A stretch of DNA of 64,000 bases from positions 6,699 to 70,698 of the forward strand of contig JBKQKO010000009.1 in assembly GCA_052147455.1 (NCBI GenBank), given 5' to 3'. This stretch comes from Desulfobaccales bacterium (GTDB taxonomy: Bacteria > Desulfobacterota > Desulfobaccia > Desulfobaccales > 0-14-0-80-60-11). Both the position numbers and the translations under genes were made by a program. The number at the start of each line of letters is the position of its first letter. The first letter of the stretch is position 1. The notes under the pieces were generated by a model, which saw nothing but the letters and a program-made list of their open reading frames with translations, searched no databases and had not been told where the DNA came from. This document shows, in pieces, positions 19,477 through 28,116 of this stretch.

Positions 19477-22400
19477 CTAATACAAGGCCTTGATCTTGGC
19501 GCTCAACTGATCGTCCTCAAAATGGGACAGCTGGATCACCTTGGCCGGACACTCCGAGGCGCAGATACCGCAACCCTGGCACGTGGCCTCGTTGATCTCC
19601 GAGACGTTCTCCCGGTTGATCTGGGGCACGCCGTAGGGACAGGTGCGCACGCACACCAGGCAAGCGGCGCAGCGGTCCGGGGACACCACGGCGGTGACGC
19701 CGCTAATGGTCTGGCGGGTGTCCGCCAGAAAGGCCCCGGCCCGGGAGGCTGCGGCCTGGGCCTGGGCGATGGACTCGCTGATGAGCTTGGGTGAGTGCGC
19801 CATGCCACAGAGGAAGATGCCCTCCGAGGCAAAGTCCACCGGCCGCAGCTTGGCGTGGGCCTCGATAAAGAAGCCCGCGGCGTTCCTGGGGATTTTCAGG
19901 AGCGAGGCCAGTTCCTCGGTATCATTGGGCCGGGCCCCGGCGCTCAGGACCACCGCGTCCACCGTCATGGTCACCGGGCGTCCCAGGACGAGATCCACAT
20001 AGGTGATGCTCAACGCCCCGTTGTCGTTTTTCACTTCCGGCGGGCGCTCCGGGTCGAAGTGGGCAAAGAGCACCCCCTGGTCCCGGGCCTCCAGGTAATA
20101 GTCCTCCAACAGGCCATAAGTGCGCATATCCCGATAGAAGATGACCACCTGCATCTCCGGGTTGCCTTTCTTCAACTGCAGGGCGTTCTTTACCGCGCCC
20201 TGGCAGCAGATGCGGCTGCAGTTGGGGTTTTCTGCATTCCTGGAGCCGACGCACTGGATCATGGCTAGCCGCTTCCAGGCGGCTGCCTCTCCAGGTTTTT
20301 CCTGGAGGAAACGGCCCAGTTCCAACTGGGTCATGATCCGCTGGTGTTGGCCATAGAGGAATTCCTGGGGGACGTACTCATGGGCCCCGGTGGCCACCAC
20401 GGTGACGCCGTGGTCGATTTGGCGTTGGTACATGCCGGGCCCCACCAACACCTCGGTGGTGAAGTTGCCTTTGTAGCCCTTGAAGCCCACCACCAGGGCT
20501 TCGGTGAGTACCTGGATGTTGCCGTGGGATTTCACTTTTCCGATGAGCCCGTCGAGATAGGCCGCCACCTCCAGGCCTTCAATGGTATGGTGGAGGTTGC
20601 GGGCATTACCGCCCAAATGTTCATCCTTCTCCAGGATGATGGTCTCGAAGCCCTGGTCTCCCAGGTTGAGAGCCGCATTCAGCCCCGCCACCCCGCCGCC
20701 GATGACCAGGGCCCGCTGATTGATGCTCAGGGGCTTTTCCTGCAAGGGCTTCAGCAGGGAGGCCCGGGCCACCGCCATGCGCACCAAGTCCTTGGCTTTT
20801 TCCGTGGCCTTGCCGGGCTCCTTCATGTGCACCCAGGAGTCCTGGTTGCGGATATTGGCCATCTCGAAGAGGTATTTGTTGAGCCCCGCGTCGATCAAGG
20901 TCTCCCGGAACAGGGCCTCGTGGGTGATGGGGGTGCAAGCTGCCACCACCACCCGGTTGAGTTTCTGTTCTTCGATGACCTTGGCCATGGTCACCTGGGT
21001 ATCCTGGGAGCAGGTAAAGAGATTCTCATCAGCTAACACTACGTTGGGCAGCGTCCTGGCGTAAGCTGCCAGCTCCGGCACGTTGACGATGCCGCCGATG
21101 TTAATGCCGCAATTACAGACGAAGACCCCGATGCGGGGGGTATCCTCCGGGCTCACCTTGAGTTCCGGCGGCACTTCCCGGGTCTTGGTCCGGGTCCAGC
21201 GCACCTCGCCCAGGGTGGCGCTCACTGCGCCCGCGGCAGCCGAGGCCTGCATGACCGACTCGGGGATGTCCTTGGGCCCCTGGATGGCGCCGCAGACGTA
21301 AACCCCGGGCCGGGACGAGACTACCGGCGCCGCCGGCTCGGTGTCGCTGAAGTTGTGCTTATTCAGGTTAATCTTTACGGTCTGGGCCAGGCGCTTGGCG
21401 GCGTCGCTCACCTCCATGCCCACCGACAGGACTACCAGATCGAACTCTTCAGATTTCTGCTGTCCGGATTCATCCCGGTAATTGATCTTTAGATTGTCCC
21501 CGGGGGCCGGGTCGACGCTATGGATCCGGGAGCGGATGAACCGTACGCCGCTCTCATCCCTGGCCCGGTTGTAATAGAGCTCGAAGTCTTTGCCGAAGGT
21601 GCGCATGTCCATGAAGAAGATGGCGGCGTCCAGGTCGTAGGCCTTGCAGTGCTCCTTGGCAATGACCGCCTCCTTGATGGCGTACATGCAGCATACCGCG
21701 GAGCAATAGGAGTGGGTCTTGATGTCCCGGGAGCCGACGCACTGGAGCCAGGCGATCTTTTTGGGCTCCTGGTGGTCCGAAGGCCGCACCAGATGGCCGC
21801 CGTAAGGCCCGGTGGCCGAAAGGATCCGCTCGAACTCCAGGGAGGTGACCACGTTGGGAAAATTGGCATAGTGATACGAGGGATATTTGCTGGGGTCGAA
21901 GGTCTGGAAGCCGGCCGCCAGCACCACTGCCCCCACCTGTTTCGTCAGAATTTTTTCCGTGTCGTCCAATTTGATGGCGCCGCTGGGGCAATGCTTCTCG
22001 CAGGCCTTGCAGGTGCCTTTCTTGAAATAAATGCAATTATCCACATCGATGGCATACTTCAAGGGCACGGTCTGGGGGTATTTGACGTAGATCGCCTTGC
22101 GCTTGGCCAATCCCTGGTTGTATTCATCCGCCACTTTCTTAGGGCATTTTTCGGCGCACACCCCGCAGCCAATGCATTTGGACATGTCCACGTAGCGGGG
22201 ATTCTGTTTCAGGCTGACGGTAAAATTGCCGGCCTCGCCGGAAATAGCTTCCAACTCCGTCAGCGTCAGCAGCTCGATGTTTAGGTGCCGGCCGCACTCC
22301 ACCAGCTTGGGGGAGATGATGCACATGGAGCAGTCATTGGTGGGAAAGGTCTTGTCCAACTGGGCCATGACCCCGCCGATCCCGGCGCTCTTTTCCACCA

Positions 22401-22536
22401 GATAAACGTAAAAACCGGAATTGGCCAGGTCCAGAGAGGCCTGGATGCCGGCTACGCCGCCGCCTGCCACCAGCACCGAGCCGACCTTGCCGCTCCGTGA
22501 TGCATCCTTGGCCTTTTGCTCTTGGTTATCGGACAT
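19477..22536 (-). CDS. hdrA: Long-form HdrA-like flavoprotein (two FAD/NAD modules plus Fe-S clusters)
   Basis: Two dinucleotide folds (VLVAGGGVAGIQASLDLA, ALVIGGGVAGLNAALNLG). Ferredoxin motifs CIGCGVCAEKCP, CKACEKHCP, CAACLVCVRTCP, CQGCGICASECP. Confidence 0.9.
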   Translation of the reverse strand: MSDNQEQKAKDASRSGKVGSVLVAGGGVAGIQASLDLANSGFYVYLVEKSAGIGGVMAQLDKTFPTNDCSMCIISPKLVECGRHLNIELLTLTELEAISGEAGNFTVSLKQNPRYVDMSKCIGCGVCAEKCPKKVADEYNQGLAKRKAIYVKYPQTVPLKYAIDVDNCIYFKKGTCKACEKHCPSGAIKLDDTEKILTKQVGAVVLAAGFQTFDPSKYPSYHYANFPNVVTSLEFERILSATGPYGGHLVRPSDHQEPKKIAWLQCVGSRDIKTHSYCSAVCCMYAIKEAVIAKEHCKAYDLDAAIFFMDMRTFGKDFELYYNRARDESGVRFIRSRIHSVDPAPGDNLKINYRDESGQQKSEEFDLVVLSVGMEVSDAAKRLAQTVKINLNKHNFSDTEPAAPVVSSRPGVYVCGAIQGPKDIPESVMQASAAAGAVSATLGEVRWTRTKTREVPPELKVSPEDTPRIGVFVCNCGINIGGIVNVPELAAYARTLPNVVLADENLFTCSQDTQVTMAKVIEEQKLNRVVVAACTPITHEALFRETLIDAGLNKYLFEMANIRNQDSWVHMKEPGKATEKAKDLVRMAVARASLLKPLQEKPLSINQRALVIGGGVAGLNAALNLGDQGFETIILEKDEHLGGNARNLHHTIEGLEVAAYLDGLIGKVKSHGNIQVLTEALVVGFKGYKGNFTTEVLVGPGMYQRQIDHGVTVVATGAHEYVPQEFLYGQHQRIMTQLELGRFLQEKPGEAAAWKRLAMIQCVGSRNAENPNCSRICCQGAVKNALQLKKGNPEMQVVIFYRDMRTYGLLEDYYLEARDQGVLFAHFDPERPPEVKNDNGALSITYVDLVLGRPVTMTVDAVVLSAGARPNDTEELASLLKIPRNAAGFFIEAHAKLRPVDFASEGIFLCGMAHSPKLISESIAQAQAAASRAGAFLADTRQTISGVTAVVSPDRCAACLVCVRTCPYGVPQINRENVSEINEATCQGCGICASECPAKVIQLSHFEDDQLSAKIKALY

Positions 22537-22640
22537 AGTCTGGTCCTTAAAGAGGTGCGTTCGCGATCCTCAAATCCCCAACTCCAACCTTCAGTGGCGC
22601 CGGCGTCTCGCCTGGTGCGCCAGGGTGCGGTAATGAGTCC

Positions 22641-23525
22641 TCAGACCCCGAACTCCAACCCGGCCGCGGCCAGGATGGCCGGCAGCTTATCCTCCCAGCC
22701 CAGGGTGGAGAGGTTCACCCCGCTGAAACCCTTGGCCTTCAGGGCAATGATGATCTCCGCGGCAATCTGCACGCATTCCCGAACCCGGTCCGGCGCCTCT
22801 TGAATCCGCTGGATGAACTCCTCCGGAATCTTGGCCTCCAGGTGGCGGTTGATATAGCGGGCCATGCCCACCGACTTGAGGAGTAAGACGGTGGGAATGA
22901 GGGTGGTCCGGCGGCCTTCAAGAAGGTCGATAAACTTTGTTAGGGCCGCCACTTCATACACCGGCGGGGTGACGAAAAAGGAGGCCCCGGCGGCCGCCTT
23001 CTTATCCAGTGCCGCCAGTTCGTCCAGCCGCGCTGCAGCGCTTGTGGAAATTTTCACGGTGGCGCCCACAAAAAACTGGGGGGCGCCCTGTAACTCCACC
23101 CCGGCCAGGTCCCGACCCGTCTGCAGGGCCTGGATGGCGCCCAACAGGGCCAGCTGATCCAGGTCCTTGATCGCCCGGGCCTGGGGGTGGTCGCCGTGGG
23201 CAATCTCTTCCCCGGGGACCGCCATGACGTTGGGCACCCCCAGGGCCTGGGCCGCCAACAAGTCACCCTGCAGGGCCAGGCGGTTGCGATCCCGGCAGCA
23301 ACACTGTAACACCGTTTCCAATCCTTTGCCCTGCAACAGCAGGGCGCCGCCCAGAGAACTCATCTTCATGACCGCGTTGCTCATCTCTGGGATCACAAAG
23401 GCATCCACCTGGCGCTTGACCCTGGTGGCATTGGCCACCATGGCGGTGACGTCGGTGCCCTTGGGCGGCTCCATCTCCGCCAGAATCACAAATTTCCCGG
23501 AAGCCAGTTTTTCTTGTAATCGCAT
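22641..23525 (-). CDS. Second MTHFR-family (MetF-like) protein
   Basis: Paralogous pattern AEMEPPKGTD...QCCCRDRNRLALQGDLLAA...VMAVPGEEIAHGDH. Start at MRLQEK behind AGAGGGGAG. Confidence 0.7.
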   Translation of the reverse strand: MRLQEKLASGKFVILAEMEPPKGTDVTAMVANATRVKRQVDAFVIPEMSNAVMKMSSLGGALLLQGKGLETVLQCCCRDRNRLALQGDLLAAQALGVPNVMAVPGEEIAHGDHPQARAIKDLDQLALLGAIQALQTGRDLAGVELQGAPQFFVGATVKISTSAAARLDELAALDKKAAAGASFFVTPPVYEVAALTKFIDLLEGRRTTLIPTVLLLKSVGMARYINRHLEAKIPEEFIQRIQEAPDRVRECVQIAAEIIIALKAKGFSGVNLSTLGWEDKLPAILAAAGLEFGV

Positions 23526-23576
23526 GGAACTCCCCTCTGGATTAATGGGATGCGCGTACCATGGCATTGCAAATGG

Positions 23577-23849
23577 TTAAAATGAGTTCATCCATGCCGA
23601 ACGAGTTAACCTGGTATAAAAGATACCCTTTTGCCTGACCTGGATTTCCTGCTGCGGATTGTTTTCATCCGCGGTAATAATAATGGGCAGCTTCCGGTCC
23701 AGGCCTTTGATGATGGAGATGGCCTCATAACCCATGGGCTCGGGAAGGGGCACGTCCATCGCCAGGACCTTGACCTTCTCATTCTGGATGGTCATGAGGA
23801 CGTCTTTAATATTGTCCACTTTACCGGGGGAAGATGGGGCTTTAATCAT
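23577..23849 (-). CDS. Short receiver-domain-like fragment (possibly degenerate)
   Basis: VLAMDVPLPEPMGYEAISIIKGLDRKLPIIITADEN resembles the central part of a CheY receiver. The N-terminal acidic pair is missing. Confidence 0.25.
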   Translation of the reverse strand: MIKAPSSPGKVDNIKDVLMTIQNEKVKVLAMDVPLPEPMGYEAISIIKGLDRKLPIIITADENNPQQEIQVRQKGIFYTRLTRSAWMNSF

Positions 23850-23905
23850 TTTGATATATTATAATTAATCAGTAATGTCCGGCAAGGTTTTTGCTGTGAT
23901 GCCTG

Positions 23906-23974
23906 TAGGGTGGGCACAGCCCGCCCTAGGAGATGATCGAAAGAGGGGATTTTCTAGGGCGGCCTGGGGCCGCC
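23906..23974. repeat. REP-like hairpin pair
   Basis: tagggtgggcacagcccgcccta plus ctagggcggcctggggccgcc. The same family occurs at 26034-26055, 36272-36298, 39597-39668, 41767-41831 and 45483-45547. Confidence 0.85.
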
Positions 23975-24019
23975 GCTTTAAAATTACCAGGAATAAAGAA
24001 TTTCTGGATGGCTGAGACG

Positions 24020-24799
24020 ATGAATCCGCTTTCTGAGGCGCTGGAGCGCCTGCAAGACCATCTCCGGCGAACCCGCCGGGCGGCGCTGCTCTTCTCCGGA
24101 GGCCTTGATTCCAGCCTGTTGCTGGCCGTGGCCGCCCGCACCCTGGGACCCGGATTATGCGCCATTACCTTCGTGGGGCCTCATATTGCCCCCGGGGAAG
24201 CGGCCGCGGCCTTTCGCCTAGCCCGGCGTCTCGGGGTGCGGCACCTGTGGCGATCCTTCGACCCCCTGGCCCTGCCGGATTTTCGGGAGAATACCCCCAG
24301 GCGGTGCTATGCCTGCAAACGCGCCATTATTGCCCAGGCCTGGGAACTCTCCCGGGGGCAGGAGGCGCAGGCGGTCCTCTGGGACGGCACCAATCTGGAT
24401 GACCTGGGCGATTTTCGCCCCGGCCTCCAGGCCGCCCGGGAATTGGGCGTGAGTAGCCCCTTGCTGGCCGCGGGGCTAAACAAGGCGGCCATCCGGGCCC
24501 TGAGCCGGGGTTTGGGCCTTCCCTGGCAAAAGCCGCCCCAGAGCTGTCTGGCTACCCGCTTCCCTTACGGCGCCACCTTGACCCGGGAGGCCCTGGAGAG
24601 GGTAGGGCGGGGGGAGGCCTGGCTGCGGGGCCGGGGCTTTTCCCGGCTGCGCCTGCGGGCGCCGGCGGAGGGCCGGGCCCGCCTGGAGCTGGCCCCGGAG
24701 GAGTGGGCGGCCTTTATGGCTCCGGAGGTGCGGGGCCCGTTCCATTCGCTCATGCAGCGTCTGGGCTTCGGCCAATGGTCCCTGGATTTGCCCGGATAA
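24020..24799 (+). CDS. larE: PP-loop ATP-dependent sulfur transferase LarE
   Basis: PP-loop LLFSGGLDSSLL and SCLATRFPYG, which matches the LarE sacrificial-Cys region. Start is ambiguous between 24008 and 24020. Confidence 0.75.
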   Translation: MNPLSEALERLQDHLRRTRRAALLFSGGLDSSLLLAVAARTLGPGLCAITFVGPHIAPGEAAAAFRLARRLGVRHLWRSFDPLALPDFRENTPRRCYACKRAIIAQAWELSRGQEAQAVLWDGTNLDDLGDFRPGLQAARELGVSSPLLAAGLNKAAIRALSRGLGLPWQKPPQSCLATRFPYGATLTREALERVGRGEAWLRGRGFSRLRLRAPAEGRARLELAPEEWAAFMAPEVRGPFHSLMQRLGFGQWSLDLPG

Positions 24800-24841
24800 A
24801 CCGGTTCGGCCGGGCGTCTCTCCTGGTGAAATAACGGCGTT

Positions 24842-24981
24842 GATGTAGGGTGCGCACTGCGCACCATTTCCTTTATGGTGGCAAAGGCTTCCAGCCTGTG
24901 ATCGGGTCGCCCGCCAAGATGTAGGGTGCGCACTGCGCACCATTTCCTTTATGGCGGCACAGGCTTCCAGCCTGTGCTCGG
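24842..24981 (+). repeat. Two tandem ~76-bp units of a REP-like element
   Basis: gatgtagggtgcgcactgcgcaccatttcctttatggYggcaMaggcttccagcctgtg occurs at 24842 and again at 24918. Related pieces are at 26121-26145 and 32582-32690. Confidence 0.9.
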
Positions 24982-24997
24982 GCCGGATCAGCTGACC

Positions 24998-25981
24998 ATG
25001 GCAAAAAAAATCCGAGCACTGGGGCTCCTTTCCGGGGGTCTGGACAGCATGCTGGCCGGGGCGGTGCTCCGGGCCCAGGGCCTCGAGGTCACCTTCATCT
25101 GCTTCGTCACCCCCTTTTATGGTGCGGCGCGGGCCCGGGAGGCCGCCGCCCACCTGGGCTTGCCCCTCAAGGTGGCGGATCTGGCCGTTAAATTCCAGCC
25201 CCTGCTCTATGAGCCGCCCCATGGCTTCGGTCGGGGCCACAACCCCTGCATCGACTGCCACGCCTTGATGATCCGGGAAGCCGGGACGGTGATGGCCGCG
25301 GAAGGCTTCGACCTGGTCTTCACCGGGGAAGTCCTGGGGCAGCGGCCCATGAGCCAGAATCGCGGCTCCCTGAACCTGGTGGCCCGGGAATCGGGCCTGG
25401 GGGAGTGGCTGCTCCGGCCCCTGAGCGCCAGGTTGCTCAAGGCCACCCGGCCGGAACTCCTGGGATGGGTGGATCGGCAGCGCTTGCTTAACCTCAGCGG
25501 CCGGGGGCGCACGCGCCAGATAGCCCTGGCGGCGGCCTACGGCATCAGCCGCTATCCAGCCCCTGCCGGAGGCTGCTTGCTCACCGACCCGAATTATGCC
25601 CTCCGTATCAAGGAACTCCTGAGGCAGGCCGGTCAGGCGGGCCGCCGGGACCTGGAACTGCTCAGGTGGGGCCGCCATTTCCGCCTGTCCGGGGGAGCCA
25701 AGGCGGTGGTGGGGCGCACCCAGCGGGAGAACGAAGCCCTGGCCGGACTGGCTGCCGCGGAGGACCTCAGACTAACGGTGGAGGATCATCCCGGCCCCCT
25801 GGTCCTGGTGATCGGCGAGGCCCTGGAGAGGGAATTGCAGGAAGCCGCCGGTCTGGCCGCGGCTTACAGCGACGCTACGTTGGGCGCGGCGGTGAGGGTA
25901 AGCGTGGCAGGCCCCGGCCTGATCTCGGTCCTCCACCTGGATACTCCGCCCAAGGACCGTTTTAAGGATTTGCTTATCTGA
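24998..25981 (+). CDS. PP-loop ATPase of the ThiI/MnmA-like tRNA-thiolation superfamily
   Basis: ALGLLSGGLDSMLA PP-loop and NPCIDCHALM. Start at MAKKIR (24998), downstream of the repeat. Confidence 0.55.
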   Translation: MAKKIRALGLLSGGLDSMLAGAVLRAQGLEVTFICFVTPFYGAARAREAAAHLGLPLKVADLAVKFQPLLYEPPHGFGRGHNPCIDCHALMIREAGTVMAAEGFDLVFTGEVLGQRPMSQNRGSLNLVARESGLGEWLLRPLSARLLKATRPELLGWVDRQRLLNLSGRGRTRQIALAAAYGISRYPAPAGGCLLTDPNYALRIKELLRQAGQAGRRDLELLRWGRHFRLSGGAKAVVGRTQRENEALAGLAAAEDLRLTVEDHPGPLVLVIGEALERELQEAAGLAAAYSDATLGAAVRVSVAGPGLISVLHLDTPPKDRFKDLLI

Positions 25982-26257
25982 CGGGATAAAAAAGGGCGAC
26001 CCAGCGGGTAGCCCCTACAGGAAGAACCGGATTTATAGGGCGGCCTCTGGCCGCCGCCCAATTGGCGCCCCGCGAACCACCCCTACCCCATACGGCCTCG
26101 GTGGCGAAGGGGATTTAAGTTGTAGGGTGCGTCTTACGCACCACTTTCCAGCGTGGGGCGGGCTTCTCGCTAATCTCAGCTTGCCTCAAGATGAGAGGTC
26201 TTGCGGACGGAAGACTTCCACATTGTACTTTCGATAATTTTTTTTCAAATAAATCTC

Positions 26258-26285
26258 TTCACCTTGAGTTTTTTAGCCGTATAAT
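26258..26285 (+). promoter_or_regulatory. Candidate sigma-70 promoter for hdrCB
   Basis: TTCACC, 16-nt spacer, TATAAT, about 75 nt upstream of ATG 26360 in an AT-rich stretch. Confidence 0.35.
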
Positions 26286-26359
26286 TAATGCTATAAGGGA
26301 TTGTGAATTTTGCGGCCCGGTTTTATTCCGAGCATGTTGATTTTATCGGACTCAGGATC

Positions 26360-26950
26360 ATGACCAGACCCTCAGGCGGCCAGGCTCCCGGTAGGTTGGA
26401 GACCGGCATCATCCTTGATCAACAAGACCCTGGTTTCGACCGGGAGCTGCAAAAACTGAGCGGGGTCAAACTCGACCGCTGTCTTCATTGCCGCTCTTGC
26501 GCCAACGGCTGCCCCTTCTCGGCGGCCATGGACTACCCCCCCCATGGCATCCTGCGGCTGGTGCAATTGGGTCAGCGCCAGGAGGCCTTGGAGTCGCATA
26601 CCATTTGGATCTGCGTGGGCTGCCACACCTGCTCGGTGCAATGTCCCATGGAAATCAACCTGGCCGCCATCATGAACGCCTTGCGGCACCTGGCTCTTCA
26701 AGAAGGAGTCAAGGTGGCGGAACCCGACATCCTCGATTTTCACCGGGCAGTCAACTCCTCCATCCGGCGTCATGGCCGCACCCACGACTTGGGGATCATG
26801 CTGCGCTATAAGGTGCGGATGCGCCGCTGGTTCACCGACCTGGACCTGGGCCTCAAGATGCTGGCCCGGGGAAAGATGGACTTCAGGGCCCACCGGGTCA
26901 AGGCGGTGAAAGAGATCAGGCGGCTCTTCCGGCCCCGGCGGCAAGGATGA
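26360..26950 (+). CDS. hdrC: HdrC-like 4Fe-4S dicluster protein
   Basis: CLHCRSCANGCP and CVGCHTCSVQCP motifs. Its stop overlaps the hdrB start. Confidence 0.75.
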   Translation: MTRPSGGQAPGRLETGIILDQQDPGFDRELQKLSGVKLDRCLHCRSCANGCPFSAAMDYPPHGILRLVQLGQRQEALESHTIWICVGCHTCSVQCPMEINLAAIMNALRHLALQEGVKVAEPDILDFHRAVNSSIRRHGRTHDLGIMLRYKVRMRRWFTDLDLGLKMLARGKMDFRAHRVKAVKEIRRLFRPRRQG

Positions 26951-27807
26951 GGGACATGTCGCAGTTGGTGGATGTTTCCTATTTTCCCGGTTGTTCCCTG
27001 GAGAGCAGCGGTCGGGAAGCCAACCTCGCCCTGCTTGAGTCCGCCAGGCTCCTGGGGCTAAACCTCATCGAACTGGAAGACTGGAACTGCTGCGGCGCCT
27101 CCTCGGTCAAATTCCTGGATAACGATATCGCCTTTTCCCTGGAGAGTCGCAACCTGTCCCTGGCGCCTCCGGACCGCCCCTTGATGGCCACGTGCCCCGT
27201 TTGTCTCAGCCGCTTGCGGGAAGCCCAACTGCACCTGCGGGAAGACCGGGAGGCCTGCGAGGTCCAGGAGCGCCACTGGGGGCGGCGGATCCCCCTGGAC
27301 CTGGAGATCATTGATTTCCTTGAGCTCTTGGCCCGCCTGGGTCCGGAGCGCCTGCAACCGAAGCTGGCGCACCCCCTTAAGGGCTTGAAGGCAGTGCCTT
27401 ATTACGGCTGCACCACCTTCGGCCCCCCGGACCTTAACCGGGGCCGGTACTTCCTGGGGGAGCTGGGCGGCCTCCTGGCCGCTCTCGGGGCCGAACCGCT
27501 GACCAAGGCCTTGACCCACCGCTGCTGCGGCGGCTATCTCACCGTCGCCCGGGCCGACGCGGTCACGCCCCTGGTGAACGAGATCATGGAGAGCGCCGTG
27601 GCCGCGGGCGCCGAGTGCCTGGTCACCGGCTGCACCATGTGCCAGCTCAACATGGAGTCCAGGTGCACCCTCAAGAATAAGCTTCCCATCTTGCATTTCT
27701 CCGAGCTGCTGGCCCTGGCCCTGGGAGCCCGGGATTACGATGGCTGGTTTGCGCGCCACCTGACGGACCCGCGGCCGCTGTTGCAGGCCCGGGGCCTCAT
27801 TCCCTAA
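26947..27807 (+). CDS. hdrB: HdrB-like protein with two CCG domains
   Basis: YFPGCSL...WNCCGAS and YYGCT...HRCCGGY...TGCTMCQ. Confidence 0.8.
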   Translation: MRDMSQLVDVSYFPGCSLESSGREANLALLESARLLGLNLIELEDWNCCGASSVKFLDNDIAFSLESRNLSLAPPDRPLMATCPVCLSRLREAQLHLREDREACEVQERHWGRRIPLDLEIIDFLELLARLGPERLQPKLAHPLKGLKAVPYYGCTTFGPPDLNRGRYFLGELGGLLAALGAEPLTKALTHRCCGGYLTVARADAVTPLVNEIMESAVAAGAECLVTGCTMCQLNMESRCTLKNKLPILHFSELLALALGARDYDGWFARHLTDPRPLLQARGLIP

Positions 27808-27916
27808 TTTTTCGGATTTCTCTTAGAAAGGTTATGGGCCGGATTCCCGTTGATCCATCTCCGGGAACTTTCCAGGGGAGTTCTATCTTTTCTCTCTGCA
27901 AGCAGAAGGTGATGGT

Positions 27917-28022
27917 GGGGCGGCCGTCCCTGGCCGCCTCTAGTTGGCGATTACGGCGGCCCGCCCCACCGGGCTATTTTCATATAAAACGACGTAGGGG
28001 CGGGTTTAAAACCCGCCCCTAC
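27917..28022. repeat. Cluster of REP-like hairpins
   Basis: ggggcggccgtccctggccgcc and gtaggggcgggtttaaaacccgcccctac. Confidence 0.8.
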
Positions 28023-28116
28023 GTTTGGAGATTCTTCGGTCGCTTTCGGCTCCCTCAGAATGACAAGACAAATGACCTCGCATCATCTCTTGGTGCTTAA
28101 TAGAAAAGCATTAAGG

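Noticed and set aside
23577-23849. A functional single-domain response regulator
   Set aside because: Only the central part of a receiver fold is recognisable. The N-terminal acidic pocket residues are absent and the ORF is 90 aa, so it is kept as a low-confidence fragment.
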